The notes: generated by a model from the letters alone, not told the origin. A stretch of DNA of 64,000 nucleotides from Candidatus Moraniibacteriota bacterium (GCA_016699425.1 CP064975.1:526098-590097), one strand, 5' to 3'; numbered from the stretch's first letter, positions 9,703 through 19,957 are shown. Translations and numbers: made by a program.

Positions 9703-10833
9703 CTAGTATATCACTACTGGTGTCCCGATTGGCGCCCACTCATAGACACGTTTCGCTGGACCAACACCGAGCCGCATGCAGCCGTGCGACACCGGGGTGC
9801 CCAGATGATTCGCCCCTTCCTTGTAGCCGCCGGGCCACTCCGGCAATTCATGGATACCGTATTTCCCATCGGGCGTGATCGCTTGCCAGTACGGCATGTA
9901 GAGACTATAGGCTTTCGACCATGGTCGCGGCGCCTTGTTCTGGATTGCAAACTCACCTTTGGGAGTATCCATCCCGCGCTTGCCCGAAGAGATCATATAC
10001 GCGTCAATCGCCCGACCATCCTCAAAGAGCGTCATCACCTGCTGCGCGAGGTTGATATCGATATATTTGCCATCCAACCGCTTGGCCCGGGTGAAGCGTT
10101 TGGCATCGGCAACCCGCACAGAAAAGTCCGCATTTGCTCGCACCGGCTTCGGCGGCAGAGTTGTGAAGGTGATGGTACCGAGCGGTCGATAGGCCAGATC
10201 AGTCTCGTTCCTCCAGCGCAGCTGCATCTCTAGTGAATACTGCTTCCCCGGTTGCAGATCGCTCGTGGGGAGGATCTCGAACACCGTTTTTTCAGGATTG
10301 TTCTGATAGACGACATCGACTGGCGGATCGAACTGGAAATCGATGTAGAAGTCCCGCACGGAACGGTCGAACTCGATTCGGATCGGATCCTCGACCCCGA
10401 GGAGCACATCCGTCGATTGATCGGTGGGCGAGACTGACACGATATGCGGGAGCCGCGGACTGGCGACAGTGAAGGAGAAAATCGGCGTCCGAGCAAACCA
10501 CGACGTTCTACCTTGACCAATCACCAGCTGGTACGACGTATCGAGCGCCCAATTCTCCTCAGGCAGAATGATGAGCTGTTTGCCGAAGTCCTGCCACTCG
10601 GTCCGAAACGGGATGGGTGGAACGAGCGTGATCTTGTCGACCAGGCTCTCTGCTTGGACGGTCTTGGAAAAGTCAATGACGACTGACTCGCGCTGGCCGT
10701 TCATCGCTGCCGTTTCAAGCGCTGCCGTGACCGGGGCCTGTCGCCACTTCTCGAACGCCCCAACGCTTCCGACAAATGTGGTCAGGACGAAAAAGAAAAT
10801 GAACCAAAAAAGTACTGAGAGTGAGCGACGCAT
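9703..10833 (-). CDS. L,D-transpeptidase (YkuD domain), secreted
   Basis: Signal peptide MRRSLSVLFWFIFFFVLTTFVGSVGA. The C-terminal catalytic motif is SHGCMRL. Confidence 0.8.
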   Translation of the reverse strand: MRRSLSVLFWFIFFFVLTTFVGSVGAFEKWRQAPVTAALETAAMNGQRESVVIDFSKTVQAESLVDKITLVPPIPFRTEWQDFGKQLIILPEENWALDTSYQLVIGQGRTSWFARTPIFSFTVASPRLPHIVSVSPTDQSTDVLLGVEDPIRIEFDRSVRDFYIDFQFDPPVDVVYQNNPEKTVFEILPTSDLQPGKQYSLEMQLRWRNETDLAYRPLGTITFTTLPPKPVRANADFSVRVADAKRFTRAKRLDGKYIDINLAQQVMTLFEDGRAIDAYMISSGKRGMDTPKGEFAIQNKAPRPWSKAYSLYMPYWQAITPDGKYGIHELPEWPGGYKEGANHLGTPVSHGCMRLGVGPAKRVYEWAPIGTPVVIY

Positions 10834-10835
10834 TA

Positions 10836-11276
10836 TCAGAAATTACTTTTTAGGTTGGCACTCAACACGATAGCGACCGCCGCCGCAATGACCCCGAACC
10901 AGAGCGCTCCGTCTTGAAGCCAGACGGTCGGATCCGGCCAATGCTGGGAAATGGCTGCTCGGATATATTTCGGGGCACTGACCGACACGACCAGGACGAG
11001 TGACGCCGCGATGAAAACACCGGCCCCCGGCAGACTCCTGTCCAGCATCCGCTCGAGCACGACGAGCGCCAAACTGGTGAGGAGTGCCGGAACAATGATG
11101 CCCGCCACAATACGACCAACCCAACCGGGAGCGACCGCTGCCTGATACACTGACTCAGACGACACCCCCTGTGTCCGCCTCCAGGCTGGTCCGAACCAGA
11201 ACGGAGAATACCAGATGAACTGAGCAATGGAGTAGGCCAGGGAACCCGAGAGGATAGGGAAAAGTACGTGTGACAT
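10836..11276 (-). CDS. Membrane protein (4 TM), hypothetical
   Basis: 146-aa hydrophobic ORF. Its stop is 3 nt from the start of the L,D-transpeptidase gene. Confidence 0.5.
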   Translation of the reverse strand: MSHVLFPILSGSLAYSIAQFIWYSPFWFGPAWRRTQGVSSESVYQAAVAPGWVGRIVAGIIVPALLTSLALVVLERMLDRSLPGAGVFIAASLVLVVSVSAPKYIRAAISQHWPDPTVWLQDGALWFGVIAAAVAIVLSANLKSNF

Positions 11277-11283
11277 GACCAGC

Positions 11284-11450
11284 TATTTCAAATGCTGTTT
11301 CGCCTCTGATTCGAGTTTGTCAATCCGCTCAACCGACCGGCGAACGGCCCGGACGATGCGGTGGCGAGTGAGATAGCCGAGCGCCGCCAAGACGACGCCC
11401 GAAGCGATCCCGCCCGCAAATTCCGCCCAGAATTGTTCCCAGAAATTCAT
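11284..11450 (-). CDS. Possible small membrane protein; the reading frame appears broken by a 1-nt homopolymer indel
   Basis: ATG at 11450 gives MNFWEQFWAEFAGGIAS…. After ~17 codons the GC3-rich, protein-like frame (…GVVLAALGYLTRHRIVRAVRRSVERIDKLESEAKQHLK*) continues in the +1 frame. This is consistent with one missing G in the run at ~11395-11400. Confidence 0.25.
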
Positions 11451-11456
11451 ACACTT

Positions 11457-12044
11457 TTAATAGAATAATCGTTTCTCCTCTGTCTGTAGCAGGGTCATCA
11501 GTTCATCAAAATACGGTTGAATCTCTGGTGAAAGGGCCACCTTGTCTTTCTTATTCTGGTACAACATATCGAGGGTAATCGACTTCTCCCGCCATGTCCG
11601 ACCACCGTCGAGATACATCTTGAGAAGTGGCTCGATCTTGTCGAGGGCATAGACGAAGCGGCTTTCGGCATCCCCCCTCGTCACATAACCACGAATCGCC
11701 ATGTGCATCTCAGGGACTTCCGGAAATTCTGCTACCAGTCGTTCAGCCGCGAGCCGTTCGCGCTCAGGTTTCGAGGCGAGCAGTTCCTTGTCTTCACTAT
11801 ACACATACGTATCCCCAGCGTACACCTCGACCAGATCATGGGCCAGTGCATAGCAAAGTACCTTCTCCCGATCCAAGGGGAATTTCCCTGTATCCAGGAT
11901 ATACCACGCGAGCATGGCCAGGCTGTACGAATGCTCCTGATCGTTCTCCCACCGCTCGCTCTCTGTCACATGAACCACTCGCTCCACTTTTTGGAGTTCG
12001 TTCAGAAGCCTAGCGAACGAAAGGAGACGTTCTAGATTTTTCAC
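11457..12044 (-). CDS. HD-domain phosphohydrolase (YfbR-like)
   Basis: HSYSLAMLAWYI…ALAHDLVEVYAGD. Confidence 0.8.
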   Translation of the reverse strand: MKNLERLLSFARLLNELQKVERVVHVTESERWENDQEHSYSLAMLAWYILDTGKFPLDREKVLCYALAHDLVEVYAGDTYVYSEDKELLASKPERERLAAERLVAEFPEVPEMHMAIRGYVTRGDAESRFVYALDKIEPLLKMYLDGGRTWREKSITLDMLYQNKKDKVALSPEIQPYFDELMTLLQTEEKRLFY

Positions 12045-12075
12045 AATACTTGGCGCAACTTAAATGTGATGATCT

Positions 12076-12372
12076 TCACCATGGTGTTCCAATCAACCCG
12101 CTCCCCATAGTATCCCCGGTACGCCGCAAGCATCGCTTCCCGGCTCTCGTAGCCCTCGTGACCACGGAAATCCGCTTCTTCGATTGCTCCGAGAGTCTTT
12201 TCCGAACAGTCACGATCCGCGCCTGGGCGAACTCCTCCCCGGTCGACTTGTTGATAAACGATAGCTCATCGCCGACGGAGAGAGCCTTGTCATCGAACAT
12301 CCGCCACGTCGAAGTCTTTGCTCCAGAGAGCACCAGTTTCGATAGGCTGTCCGTAAACTTCAGCGTTTTCAT
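12076..12372 (-). CDS. ASCH-domain protein (YqfB-like fold)
   Basis: 98-aa beta-barrel protein, SLSKLVLSGAKTSTWR…. Size and pattern are typical of ASCH. Confidence 0.65.
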   Translation of the reverse strand: MKTLKFTDSLSKLVLSGAKTSTWRMFDDKALSVGDELSFINKSTGEEFAQARIVTVRKRLSEQSKKRISVVTRATRAGKRCLRRTGDTMGSGLIGTPW

Positions 12373-12382
12373 GCTTTTCGTT

Positions 12383-12838
12383 TCAGATTTTAACTCCCGC
12401 CCTCTTGATCATCCTGAAATTCCTCACCGTTTCAGAATGCATGGGCTTGGGGAACTTCCCGACCGGAAACCAGCCGATTTCATCCATCTTGTCTGGTTCA
12501 CCGATCTTCACCTTCCTCGGATCCACCTCTGCTGTGAAGAGGGCTTTCACCCAGTGAGTCGGTATTCCCTCATGCATACGGAGAGTGTTGAGGAAAGTAA
12601 TTTGTTTCAGATGCTTCGCCGTCACGCCATATTCTTCACGGATCTCCCGCTTCACGGTCTCTTCAAACGTCTCTCCGAATTCCATCGAGCCGCCGCCCGT
12701 ATCCCACACTCCCTGTTCGTCCCGGCAGCGCCCGCTCCGTCGATGCAAGAGGATATTCCCCTTCCCATCATGACAAACAAAAACACAGGTCACCCCGATG
12801 AAATCAATTCCCTTACGCACATCAAGTGACTTTTTCAT
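12383..12838 (-). CDS. NUDIX hydrolase
   Basis: Nudix box GGSMEFGETFEETVKREIREEYGV. The start was set at MKKSL (12838), which forms an ATGA overlap with the upstream gene's stop. The tracked ORF extends to 12874. Confidence 0.8.
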   Translation of the reverse strand: MKKSLDVRKGIDFIGVTCVFVCHDGKGNILLHRRSGRCRDEQGVWDTGGGSMEFGETFEETVKREIREEYGVTAKHLKQITFLNTLRMHEGIPTHWVKALFTAEVDPRKVKIGEPDKMDEIGWFPVGKFPKPMHSETVRNFRMIKRAGVKI

Positions 12839-13311
12839 AATTTTATTTTCGGATTTTGATTCCCATTTATCCACTCGGCCAGATCATCCAGGTTTTCAAA
12901 AATCTGATCGGAGAGCTCCGAAACAAACGGGTGAACCCACTCTTTTCTCTGCCCACCCTCCGCTTCCACCCATCCCCTGTATTCCGACCCATAGGGACAA
13001 AGCGTCAATACGGGTATGCCGGCGCGCTTCGCCATCACCATCTCAGCCCCGACACCTAACCCCTTCTTAGTCCGCGCATCTACTATGATCACGTCACTTC
13101 GAAGGAGCATATCCACGTCCGCATCAAATCTTTCTTTCGCGCGATATTCCGGGATATCGATAGTATTCGGATTAAGCATTTCTACCTCCATTGCAGCCAG
13201 AGCATCCTTCAAGACTCTCTCGTCTTCTTCAGACCAAAAATATTCGGCTGTACGGTTGTCACCCGCGCCCTTCTTTACGCTCCCGGAAAGAAAAATAGAA
13301 ATCTTTTTCAT
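12835..13311 (-). CDS. Nucleoside 2-deoxyribosyltransferase-like protein
   Basis: Rossmann-like protein with …DVIIVDARTKKGLGVGAEMVMAKRAGIPVL…, resembling the NDT family core. Confidence 0.55.
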   Translation of the reverse strand: MKKISIFLSGSVKKGAGDNRTAEYFWSEEDERVLKDALAAMEVEMLNPNTIDIPEYRAKERFDADVDMLLRSDVIIVDARTKKGLGVGAEMVMAKRAGIPVLTLCPYGSEYRGWVEAEGGQRKEWVHPFVSELSDQIFENLDDLAEWINGNQNPKIKL

Positions 13312-13312
13312 A

Positions 13313-13585
13313 CTATTCTATGGAGATAATCTGAACCCCGAGACGATCAACTTCTTCTTTCGAATTGGACGCATAGATGTCTTCGAGCTTGAAACGACTT
13401 ACTTCCGTCACGTGTTTTTCGATCGTTCTCCCGGTATATGTTTTCGTATCCTTGTCCCATTCCCGGAGCCGGAGCGTGTCGCCTTCGGCAATCTCAAAGT
13501 CATTCAGACGAAGTTCATACTTCTTCTTGCCTGAAGCGAGTCGATCAAAATATTCCTTGTTCAGTTTTTTTTCGACAACAGCCAT
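13313..13585 (-). CDS. DUF3850-type (ASCH-like) small protein
   Basis: 90 aa. K(K)YELRLNDF…GD.L.L.EWD pattern. The stop is 1 nt from the next gene's start. Confidence 0.6.
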   Translation of the reverse strand: MAVVEKKLNKEYFDRLASGKKKYELRLNDFEIAEGDTLRLREWDKDTKTYTGRTIEKHVTEVSRFKLEDIYASNSKEEVDRLGVQIISIE

Positions 13586-13671
13586 ACATACTTCTTAATC
13601 TACATAATTCTTCAGGAAGAATTCAACATCCGATCTCGTAGTGTCCGTATATTCCAAGTTTCATACAGTCA

Positions 13672-14166
13672 TTACAATACGTCAAAAGACGGCCTAAATG
13701 AAGGTACAAAGTTTTCGGGTGAATCGGCATACATCGCGAAAACTTCATCGCGGGTAAACCACTTAACCTGATCCACCTCCTGCGGATCAATCAAGAATGT
13801 ATCCTCAGAGCAATCAACCGTCACCCAATACCATTGCGTGAAATGTTCATATTCGTCCTTTATATGCTCAATCGGGCCAATCTTCAGATCGGATTCAGAA
13901 AGGTTGAGTCCGACTTCTTCCATCGCCTCCCTCCGGATAGTCTCTTCATAGGTCTCCCCCGCTGCATTCATTCCAACCACGGCTGCCCCCCATTTTCCGG
14001 GATAGTGTTTTTTCACAAGCGCTCTCTTTGCAAGCAAAACCCGCTTTTGACTGTCGAAAATCCAGAGTGCAGACACCCGATAGATATCATCCAGCCGAAG
14101 CAAAGAGCGCTCCTTTGCACCCAAGAGAGCATCGTTTGAATCAACAATAATAATTTTTTCTGACAT
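13672..14166 (-). CDS. NUDIX hydrolase
   Basis: GETYEETIRREAMEEVGL Nudix box. Confidence 0.75.
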   Translation of the reverse strand: MSEKIIIVDSNDALLGAKERSLLRLDDIYRVSALWIFDSQKRVLLAKRALVKKHYPGKWGAAVVGMNAAGETYEETIRREAMEEVGLNLSESDLKIGPIEHIKDEYEHFTQWYWVTVDCSEDTFLIDPQEVDQVKWFTRDEVFAMYADSPENFVPSFRPSFDVL

Positions 14167-14343
14167 AGATCACTTCTGTTTAATATTTTCCATACGATTT
14201 TATTCAGCAAATCCATTCTTCGCAAGCCACTCTGCGGCTTCGCGACTGAGTGACGCATTATTCCCCGTAAAGAGGACAAGCCACTTCCCCCGGCTTCAGT
14301 CTAAGGGTAATACACTTCATAAAAGTAGGCTCCGTGGCATTGC

Positions 14344-14934
14344 TTAAAGACTTTGTTGAGCAGTCAATTCTTCTTGAACCACTTTCCACATGGCTTGTAG
14401 CTCAGGAAAATTATGTACTGGTTCATCTGCCCAATGCAAAAGGATGGAGTCAATATCATTGCGTTCCCAATTCTTTTTTCCTAAATCAATCCTCTGTATA
14501 ATCACTTCTATTTTATCCAATGCTTTTGCGAATTTAGCTTCTTCAGAGCCTTGATTCTCATACTCCAACCATAGTGCCTTCAAAGCATCTCCCGTTTTAC
14601 TGGGAAGGACCGCGTACAAATCTTCAGCGGCTCGCATTTCTTTTTTCTGCTGATTATCGTGCGCGGCCTTATCATCTCTATCAAGAATCCATACATCCCC
14701 AGCCGTAACTTCGACCAGATCATGCACGATCATGATTTCTAAAGATTTCAATAAGTCGATTTTCAAATCAAGTTCTCTATGAAGTATCATCGCCATAAGA
14801 GCCACGCGCCAGCTATGTTCAGCAGGACTTTCTTTCCGAGAATTATCGCTTATAGAAACTTTTCGCTGTATAGTTTTGAGTTTCTCCGCTTTATTCAGGA
14901 ATGTGAGTATTCGACTCAGATTATTCTCATCCAT
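14344..14934 (-). CDS. HD-domain phosphohydrolase (YfbR-like), AT-rich gene
   Basis: HSWRVALMAMILHRE…MIVHDLVEVTAGD. GC content is ~38%. Confidence 0.75.
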   Translation of the reverse strand: MDENNLSRILTFLNKAEKLKTIQRKVSISDNSRKESPAEHSWRVALMAMILHRELDLKIDLLKSLEIMIVHDLVEVTAGDVWILDRDDKAAHDNQQKKEMRAAEDLYAVLPSKTGDALKALWLEYENQGSEEAKFAKALDKIEVIIQRIDLGKKNWERNDIDSILLHWADEPVHNFPELQAMWKVVQEELTAQQSL

Positions 14935-15003
14935 ATCCTATCGAAAGAGATTATTTCCCATGGCACCCGCCTACCGGCGTGTAGGCTTCTCTTCTGCTTC
15001 ATA

Positions 15004-15345
15004 TTAGAACATTTTTCCTCCTTTTGGAACCTTCTTTGTCGGGCTCAGCAACACCACGTCGCCGTTTTCATCCGGTACTCCCAGGGTAAGTGTTTCCGAC
15101 ACGAAAGGACCAATCTGTTTGGAAGGAAAGTTTACGACGCCGATAACCAACCTCCCGATCAGTTCTTCTTTTTTATAATGTTTCGTGATCTGAACGGAAG
15201 ATTTTTTGATACCGATTTCCTGACCAAAATCTATCGTCAGCTTGTACGCCGGTTTCCTGGCTTCCGGAAAATCCTCTACCTGTACGATTTCCCCTACTCG
15301 TATATCTACTTTTTCAAAATCCTCATAGCTGATCATACTTTTCAC
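15004..15345 (-). CDS. tRNA-binding domain protein (CsaA/Trbp111-like)
   Basis: DIRVGEI…AYKLTIDFG…SSVQI…LIGRLV. OB-fold tRNA-binding signature. Confidence 0.75.
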   Translation of the reverse strand: MKSMISYEDFEKVDIRVGEIVQVEDFPEARKPAYKLTIDFGQEIGIKKSSVQITKHYKKEELIGRLVIGVVNFPSKQIGPFVSETLTLGVPDENGDVVLLSPTKKVPKGGKMF

Positions 15346-15356
15346 TCTTTCAGGAT

Positions 15357-15845
15357 TTATTTATCTACGAATTGACCAGTTTCCTTATTCCTTTTAACCT
15401 CGTTCCAGCCATACACTTTCCCGTTCATTGCAATGTAAATACCCTTAGGTACTGTCTGGACTGCGATAACTGCAGCGCCTACATTAAACATGGCATCCGA
15501 GTCAGAAAACTTTTCTGGTCGCATCGATCCTGTGATTATGATGGTTTTATTTTGTATCTCACTCAGCTTGTCGGCGGTTTCAATCATTGTGTCCGTACCA
15601 TGCGTGATTATGATTTTATCTCCAACAGCATTTCTGCAGGCCTCAAGGATTTTCGCCCGATCATCATCGGTAAGATCCAGACTATCTTTTTTAAGTAACG
15701 AGATAATCTCATGCTCGAAGTTTGGATTTACTTTTTCTAAAATCCGTTTGACTGCCGGTTCGCCAATTTCGAAGGCATACCCTTTCGTCATACGAGGATA
15801 CTCCTTATCAATAGTCCCACCAATTTGGATAAAAGTTATTTTCAT
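15357..15845 (-). CDS. Asparaginase N-terminal-domain protein (short, 162 aa)
   Basis: IGGTID, ITHGTDTM and TGSMRP motifs of the asparaginase/glutaminase N-domain. Confidence 0.6.
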   Translation of the reverse strand: MKITFIQIGGTIDKEYPRMTKGYAFEIGEPAVKRILEKVNPNFEHEIISLLKKDSLDLTDDDRAKILEACRNAVGDKIIITHGTDTMIETADKLSEIQNKTIIITGSMRPEKFSDSDAMFNVGAAVIAVQTVPKGIYIAMNGKVYGWNEVKRNKETGQFVDK

Positions 15846-15863
15846 AACTAATTGTATACATCC

Positions 15864-18569
15864 CTACTTCCCATGACACTTTTTGTACTTCTTGCCGCTG
15901 CCACAGGGGCAGGGGTCGTTCCGGCCGACTTCAGCCGCATTGTGGATGGGTGACTGGGGCTCGGACGGTTTGACCTTCTGTTCTTTGCCCTCGGGACTGA
16001 CACCCGCGAACTGCGGGATGGTGTCCGACGCGCCCTTGTATTCGACGGCTCGCGGGACGGACGAGGTGACACCCGGATGGAGCGGCGTGATCTTGAACAA
16101 GGTGACCAGATAGGTCTTGCGCACCGTATCCATGAGTCCGACAAAGAGGTCATAGGCCTCGCGCTTGTACTCGATCAAGGGATCGCGTTGACCATAGCCG
16201 CGCAGCCCGATGCCCTGACGCAGATAGTCGATTTCGTCGAGATGATTCATCCACAGCGTATCGAGCGACTGAAGCAGGATGAGCCGCTGCAGCCGGTTCC
16301 AATCATTCTCGCCGATCGTCACTTCCTTCACGGCAAAGGCCCGCTTCGCTTCGCCGATAAGATACTCGGAGATAGCAGACTTTTTCTCGGGGTCAGTCTT
16401 CGATCGGTCCTCGCGGATACTCTCGAGTTTCGTCCGGGCCGCCTTTTCATCGAGCTCGGTGAAAAGACTGTTTGCCTCCCCTACAATATCGGTTAGATTC
16501 CACTCGCCCTCATCGCCGGCTGTATGGAAGCTGACGACGCGCTCAAATTCATCACTGACCAAACCGAGCGTCGTATCGCGATACTCGGTGGTCCGGAGCC
16601 CCTCGACGCGTTTCTTGTAGACGACTTCACGCTGTTTGTTCATCACATCGTCATAGTCGAGGACGTGTTTGCGGATATCGAAGTTGTAGCCTTCGATCTT
16701 GGACTGAGCGGATTCGATCGTCTTGGAGACCAGGCCGTTTTCGATCGCTTCATCGTCCGGCAGGCCCAAGCTCGTCATCATGCTCTTCATCCGATCCCCG
16801 CCAAAACGCCGCATCAGTTCGTCCTCGAGCGAGACATAAAACTGCGAGACGCCCGGATCCCCCTGACGACCAGCCCGGCCCCGCAGCTGATTGTCGATGC
16901 GCCGCGCCTCGTGCCGCTCACTGCCGATGATCATCAGTCCGCCGAGTGCCTGCACACCGTCCCCGAGCTTGATGTCGGTCCCGCGACCAGCCATATTCGT
17001 CGCGATCGTCACCGCGCCCTGCTGCCCGGCACCGGCGACGATCTGTGCTTCCTTCTCATGATTCTTCGCATTCAGGACCAGGTGCGGCACCCCCTCATGA
17101 GCGAGAAGTGCGGCGAGATATTCGGACTTCTCGATCGCGATGGTCCCGATGAGGACCGGCTGCCCCGTCGCATGGACTTCCTTCACCCGCGCGGCGATGG
17201 CCTTAAACTTCGCTTCCTCGGTCTTGTAGATGACATCCGGCAGGTCGCGCCGCACCATCGGCCGATGCGTCGGGATCTCGGTCACGTCGATCTTATAGAC
17301 TTTGGCGAATTCCTCGGCCGAAGTGGACGCAGTACCGGTCATGCCCGCCAGCTTGTCGTAGAGGCGGAAATAGTTTTGGAATGTGATGGTCGCCAGCGTC
17401 CGGCTCTCGCGCTGCACCGCGACGTGCTCCTTGGCTTCGATCGCTTGGTGCAGGCCCTCACTGTAGCGGCGGCCCGGCATGAGGCGACCCGTGAAGTCAT
17501 CGACGATGATCACCTCGCCGTCCTTCACCACATAGTCGCGGTCGAGCTTGAAGATGATATGTGCCTTGAGCGACTGCTCCAGATGATGGACGTACTGCAC
17601 ATTGCCACTCGCATAGATATTCTCCATCCCGAGGAGTTTCTCGACATGCTCGATACCAGCATCAGTCAGTGTGACCACCTTCATCTTTTCATCGATGGTG
17701 TAGTCCCCGCCCGCATCGTTATGCGAGTCCGCTGACGAAGCGTTTCGGGCGGGCTCTTCTACCGCTTTGAGCCGTGGGACGATCCCCGCAAAGCGTTCAT
17801 AGAGCTTGGTCGATTCGGTATCTGGGGCAGAAATGATGAGCGGGGTCCGCGCCTCGTCAATGAGGATGGAGTCAACTTCATCGACGATGGCAAAGTGGAG
17901 TTCACGCTGCACCTTCTCCTCCAGACTCGCCACCATGTTGTCACGCAGATAGTCGAAGCCGAACTCATTGTTTGTCCCATAGGTGATGTCACAGGCATAG
18001 GCTTCGCGACGACTGATCGGGAGCAGGTTTTCCATCTCGACTGACACGGCATCGATATCAGTAGACTTCGGCTCAAAGCGATACGATGCTCCCTGACCGA
18101 GGATGCAGGCCGTCGACAGCCCGAGGAAATGATACACTCGGCCCATCCAATTGGCATCGCGCTTGGCCAGGTAATCATTCACCGTCACGACATGCACGCC
18201 CTTCCCCGTGATAGCATTCAAATAGATGGGCAGGGTTGAGGTGAGGGTCTTACCTTCGCCAGTCTTCATCTCGGCGATGGTCCCGCGATGGAGCACGATG
18301 CCACCGACGAGCTGGACATCATAGTGACGTTCACCGATCGCACGGCGGGCGGCTTCACGCACGACCGCATACGCCTCGGGCAACAGATCATCGAGCGCTG
18401 TCCCCGCCGCGAGCCGCTGCCGAAATTCAGCTGTCTTGGCTTGCAGGGCCTGATCCGACAGAGCAGTCGTGGCCACATCGAAGCCATTGATCGCTTCGAC
18501 GAGCGGCCGGATCTTGGCAATTTCTCGTTCATTGGAACCGAAGAGCTTTTGGAAGAAAGACATAGGCAA
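15864..18569 (-). CDS. secA: Preprotein translocase ATPase SecA
   Basis: 901 aa with DEAD motor, preprotein-binding and helical scaffold domains, and a C-terminal zinc-binding tail [14 protein letters not shown]. Confidence 0.95.
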   Translation of the reverse strand: MPMSFFQKLFGSNEREIAKIRPLVEAINGFDVATTALSDQALQAKTAEFRQRLAAGTALDDLLPEAYAVVREAARRAIGERHYDVQLVGGIVLHRGTIAEMKTGEGKTLTSTLPIYLNAITGKGVHVVTVNDYLAKRDANWMGRVYHFLGLSTACILGQGASYRFEPKSTDIDAVSVEMENLLPISRREAYACDITYGTNNEFGFDYLRDNMVASLEEKVQRELHFAIVDEVDSILIDEARTPLIISAPDTESTKLYERFAGIVPRLKAVEEPARNASSADSHNDAGGDYTIDEKMKVVTLTDAGIEHVEKLLGMENIYASGNVQYVHHLEQSLKAHIIFKLDRDYVVKDGEVIIVDDFTGRLMPGRRYSEGLHQAIEAKEHVAVQRESRTLATITFQNYFRLYDKLAGMTGTASTSAEEFAKVYKIDVTEIPTHRPMVRRDLPDVIYKTEEAKFKAIAARVKEVHATGQPVLIGTIAIEKSEYLAALLAHEGVPHLVLNAKNHEKEAQIVAGAGQQGAVTIATNMAGRGTDIKLGDGVQALGGLMIIGSERHEARRIDNQLRGRAGRQGDPGVSQFYVSLEDELMRRFGGDRMKSMMTSLGLPDDEAIENGLVSKTIESAQSKIEGYNFDIRKHVLDYDDVMNKQREVVYKKRVEGLRTTEYRDTTLGLVSDEFERVVSFHTAGDEGEWNLTDIVGEANSLFTELDEKAARTKLESIREDRSKTDPEKKSAISEYLIGEAKRAFAVKEVTIGENDWNRLQRLILLQSLDTLWMNHLDEIDYLRQGIGLRGYGQRDPLIEYKREAYDLFVGLMDTVRKTYLVTLFKITPLHPGVTSSVPRAVEYKGASDTIPQFAGVSPEGKEQKVKPSEPQSPIHNAAEVGRNDPCPCGSGKKYKKCHGK

Positions 18570-18637
18570 ATAAAAAAGGCTTGAATAGAGCCATTTTATC
18601 AGACCAAGGGCAGGGGGTCAAAGGCCACTTGGGGGCG

Positions 18638-18877
18638 CTAGAAACCGCAATACCCGACGCAGCTGGCAAGAGAATAGAGCAATGGTACCGCCACCGTCCC
18701 CGAGAGGACGAAGGAGAGGAGGGCAACCTGAAGTTTCGAGAGCCAGTTCCGTTTCCAGTATCGAAAGAAGAGAAAGAATAAGATCGAGAGCACGCTGATG
18801 ACGATAGCCAAAACCAATCCCGCAATCATCGGATCAGCCATTACCAGATACCCAAAGCGTTCGATTGGCGTAAGCAT
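18638..18877 (-). CDS. Small membrane protein, hypothetical
   Basis: 79-aa hydrophobic ORF. Weak support. Confidence 0.3.
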   Translation of the reverse strand: MLTPIERFGYLVMADPMIAGLVLAIVISVLSILFFLFFRYWKRNWLSKLQVALLSFVLSGTVAVPLLYSLASCVGYCGF

Positions 18878-18895
18878 AGGTCTCTCAAAAAAGTA

Positions 18896-19183
18896 TCAAC
18901 AGCGGAGCGTCGTGCCACCGACGGGCACAGTCGGGAGACTCTGCTGCCAGTGCTGGTCGAACACCCGCAGGGCGCAACCGAGGAGGCTCACGATAAGCAA
19001 GATGAGTGCAAAAGTATACGCGGCCAGACGCAACCGACGACGGACGACTGCCGAATGGACGAGCAATCGGAACAGTTCAAGGGCGAGGGCTATGACTGCC
19101 GAAAAATATCCCACCAGGTATGCCCCTTGGATCGGATACTGATACGGGCTCGACGGGATACAAGCCAGGGCAACAGACGGCAC
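18896..19183 (-). CDS. Small membrane protein, hypothetical
   Basis: 95-aa hydrophobic ORF. Weak support. Confidence 0.3.
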   Translation of the reverse strand: MPSVALACIPSSPYQYPIQGAYLVGYFSAVIALALELFRLLVHSAVVRRRLRLAAYTFALILLIVSLLGCALRVFDQHWQQSLPTVPVGGTTLRC

Positions 19184-19240
19184 CAGAATGAGCGCGAGAC
19201 CGAGGAGTGCGGTGAGGAGAAAAGGTATAGGTGGAGCGGA

Positions 19241-19588
19241 TTAAAAGCGGGCGGATTCGTCAACGACGAGCTTCTTCTTGATGGAACGGAGCCCGCGGCG
19301 CTTCAGGTCACGGCTCTTGCCCCGGTTCTTGGCGAGCTGGACTTCGAGTTCATCGATGGCGACGTCGAGCGAACCCTCGATGCTCTCCGAAGTATCTTCG
19401 GCCCGATAGAGATTGTGTGGCGTCTTCACCATCACTTCCACGCGAAATTTCCCTTTTTTGTCCCGGTCGATTTCAACTTCGAACTGGGTCACGGGATCAA
19501 CGAGCTTCTCGATCCGGACGAGCCGTTTTTCGATATAGTCATGTGTTCGCGCATCGAGCTCGACCCCCTTGGAGAGAAACCGTGTCAT
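19241..19588 (-). CDS. hpf: Ribosome hibernation promoting factor (RaiA/HPF family)
   Basis: …FEVEIDRDKKGKFRVEVMVKTPHNLYRAEDTSESIEGSLDVAIDELEVQLAKNRGK. Start set at MTRFLSKG. Confidence 0.85.
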   Translation of the reverse strand: MTRFLSKGVELDARTHDYIEKRLVRIEKLVDPVTQFEVEIDRDKKGKFRVEVMVKTPHNLYRAEDTSESIEGSLDVAIDELEVQLAKNRGKSRDLKRRGLRSIKKKLVVDESARF

Positions 19589-19661
19589 AGGTGTGGGATT
19601 ACTGATTATGTTTCTGTACTCACATGCTAGCACATCCCCGACTTCCTTTTTCGCCGTTGGC

Positions 19662-19871
19662 TTAGAGTCCTTGATACAGGCCCGACAGATTGGACAGGCT
19701 CGACAGGAGAAACGGTATGGCGAACATGAGGACGACGAGCGGCAAAACCACCACCGCGAGCTGCATGATGAAACTCCACAGCATATACTTCCGCGTCTTT
19801 TCGACCGCCACAGCCATCAACTCTTGACGTTCGGCGAGGGCGTTTAGTTTGGCTTCGAGATCGAGTTCCAT
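19662..19871 (-). CDS. Small membrane protein, hypothetical
   Basis: 69 aa: an N-terminal coiled region, then a TM helix. Confidence 0.4.
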   Translation of the reverse strand: MELDLEAKLNALAERQELMAVAVEKTRKYMLWSFIMQLAVVVLPLVVLMFAIPFLLSSLSNLSGLYQGL

Positions 19872-19957
19872 ATATGGTTATTGTAGCACTTCGGACAAAA
19901 AGAAAGAGGGGTGCATACCACGTATGCCTCCCCTCTGTTGCCCCTCCTGCCAGGCCC

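Noticed and set aside
16524-17735. 403-aa plus-strand ORF
   Set aside because: It lies entirely antisense to secA. This is a shadow ORF, common in high-GC DNA.
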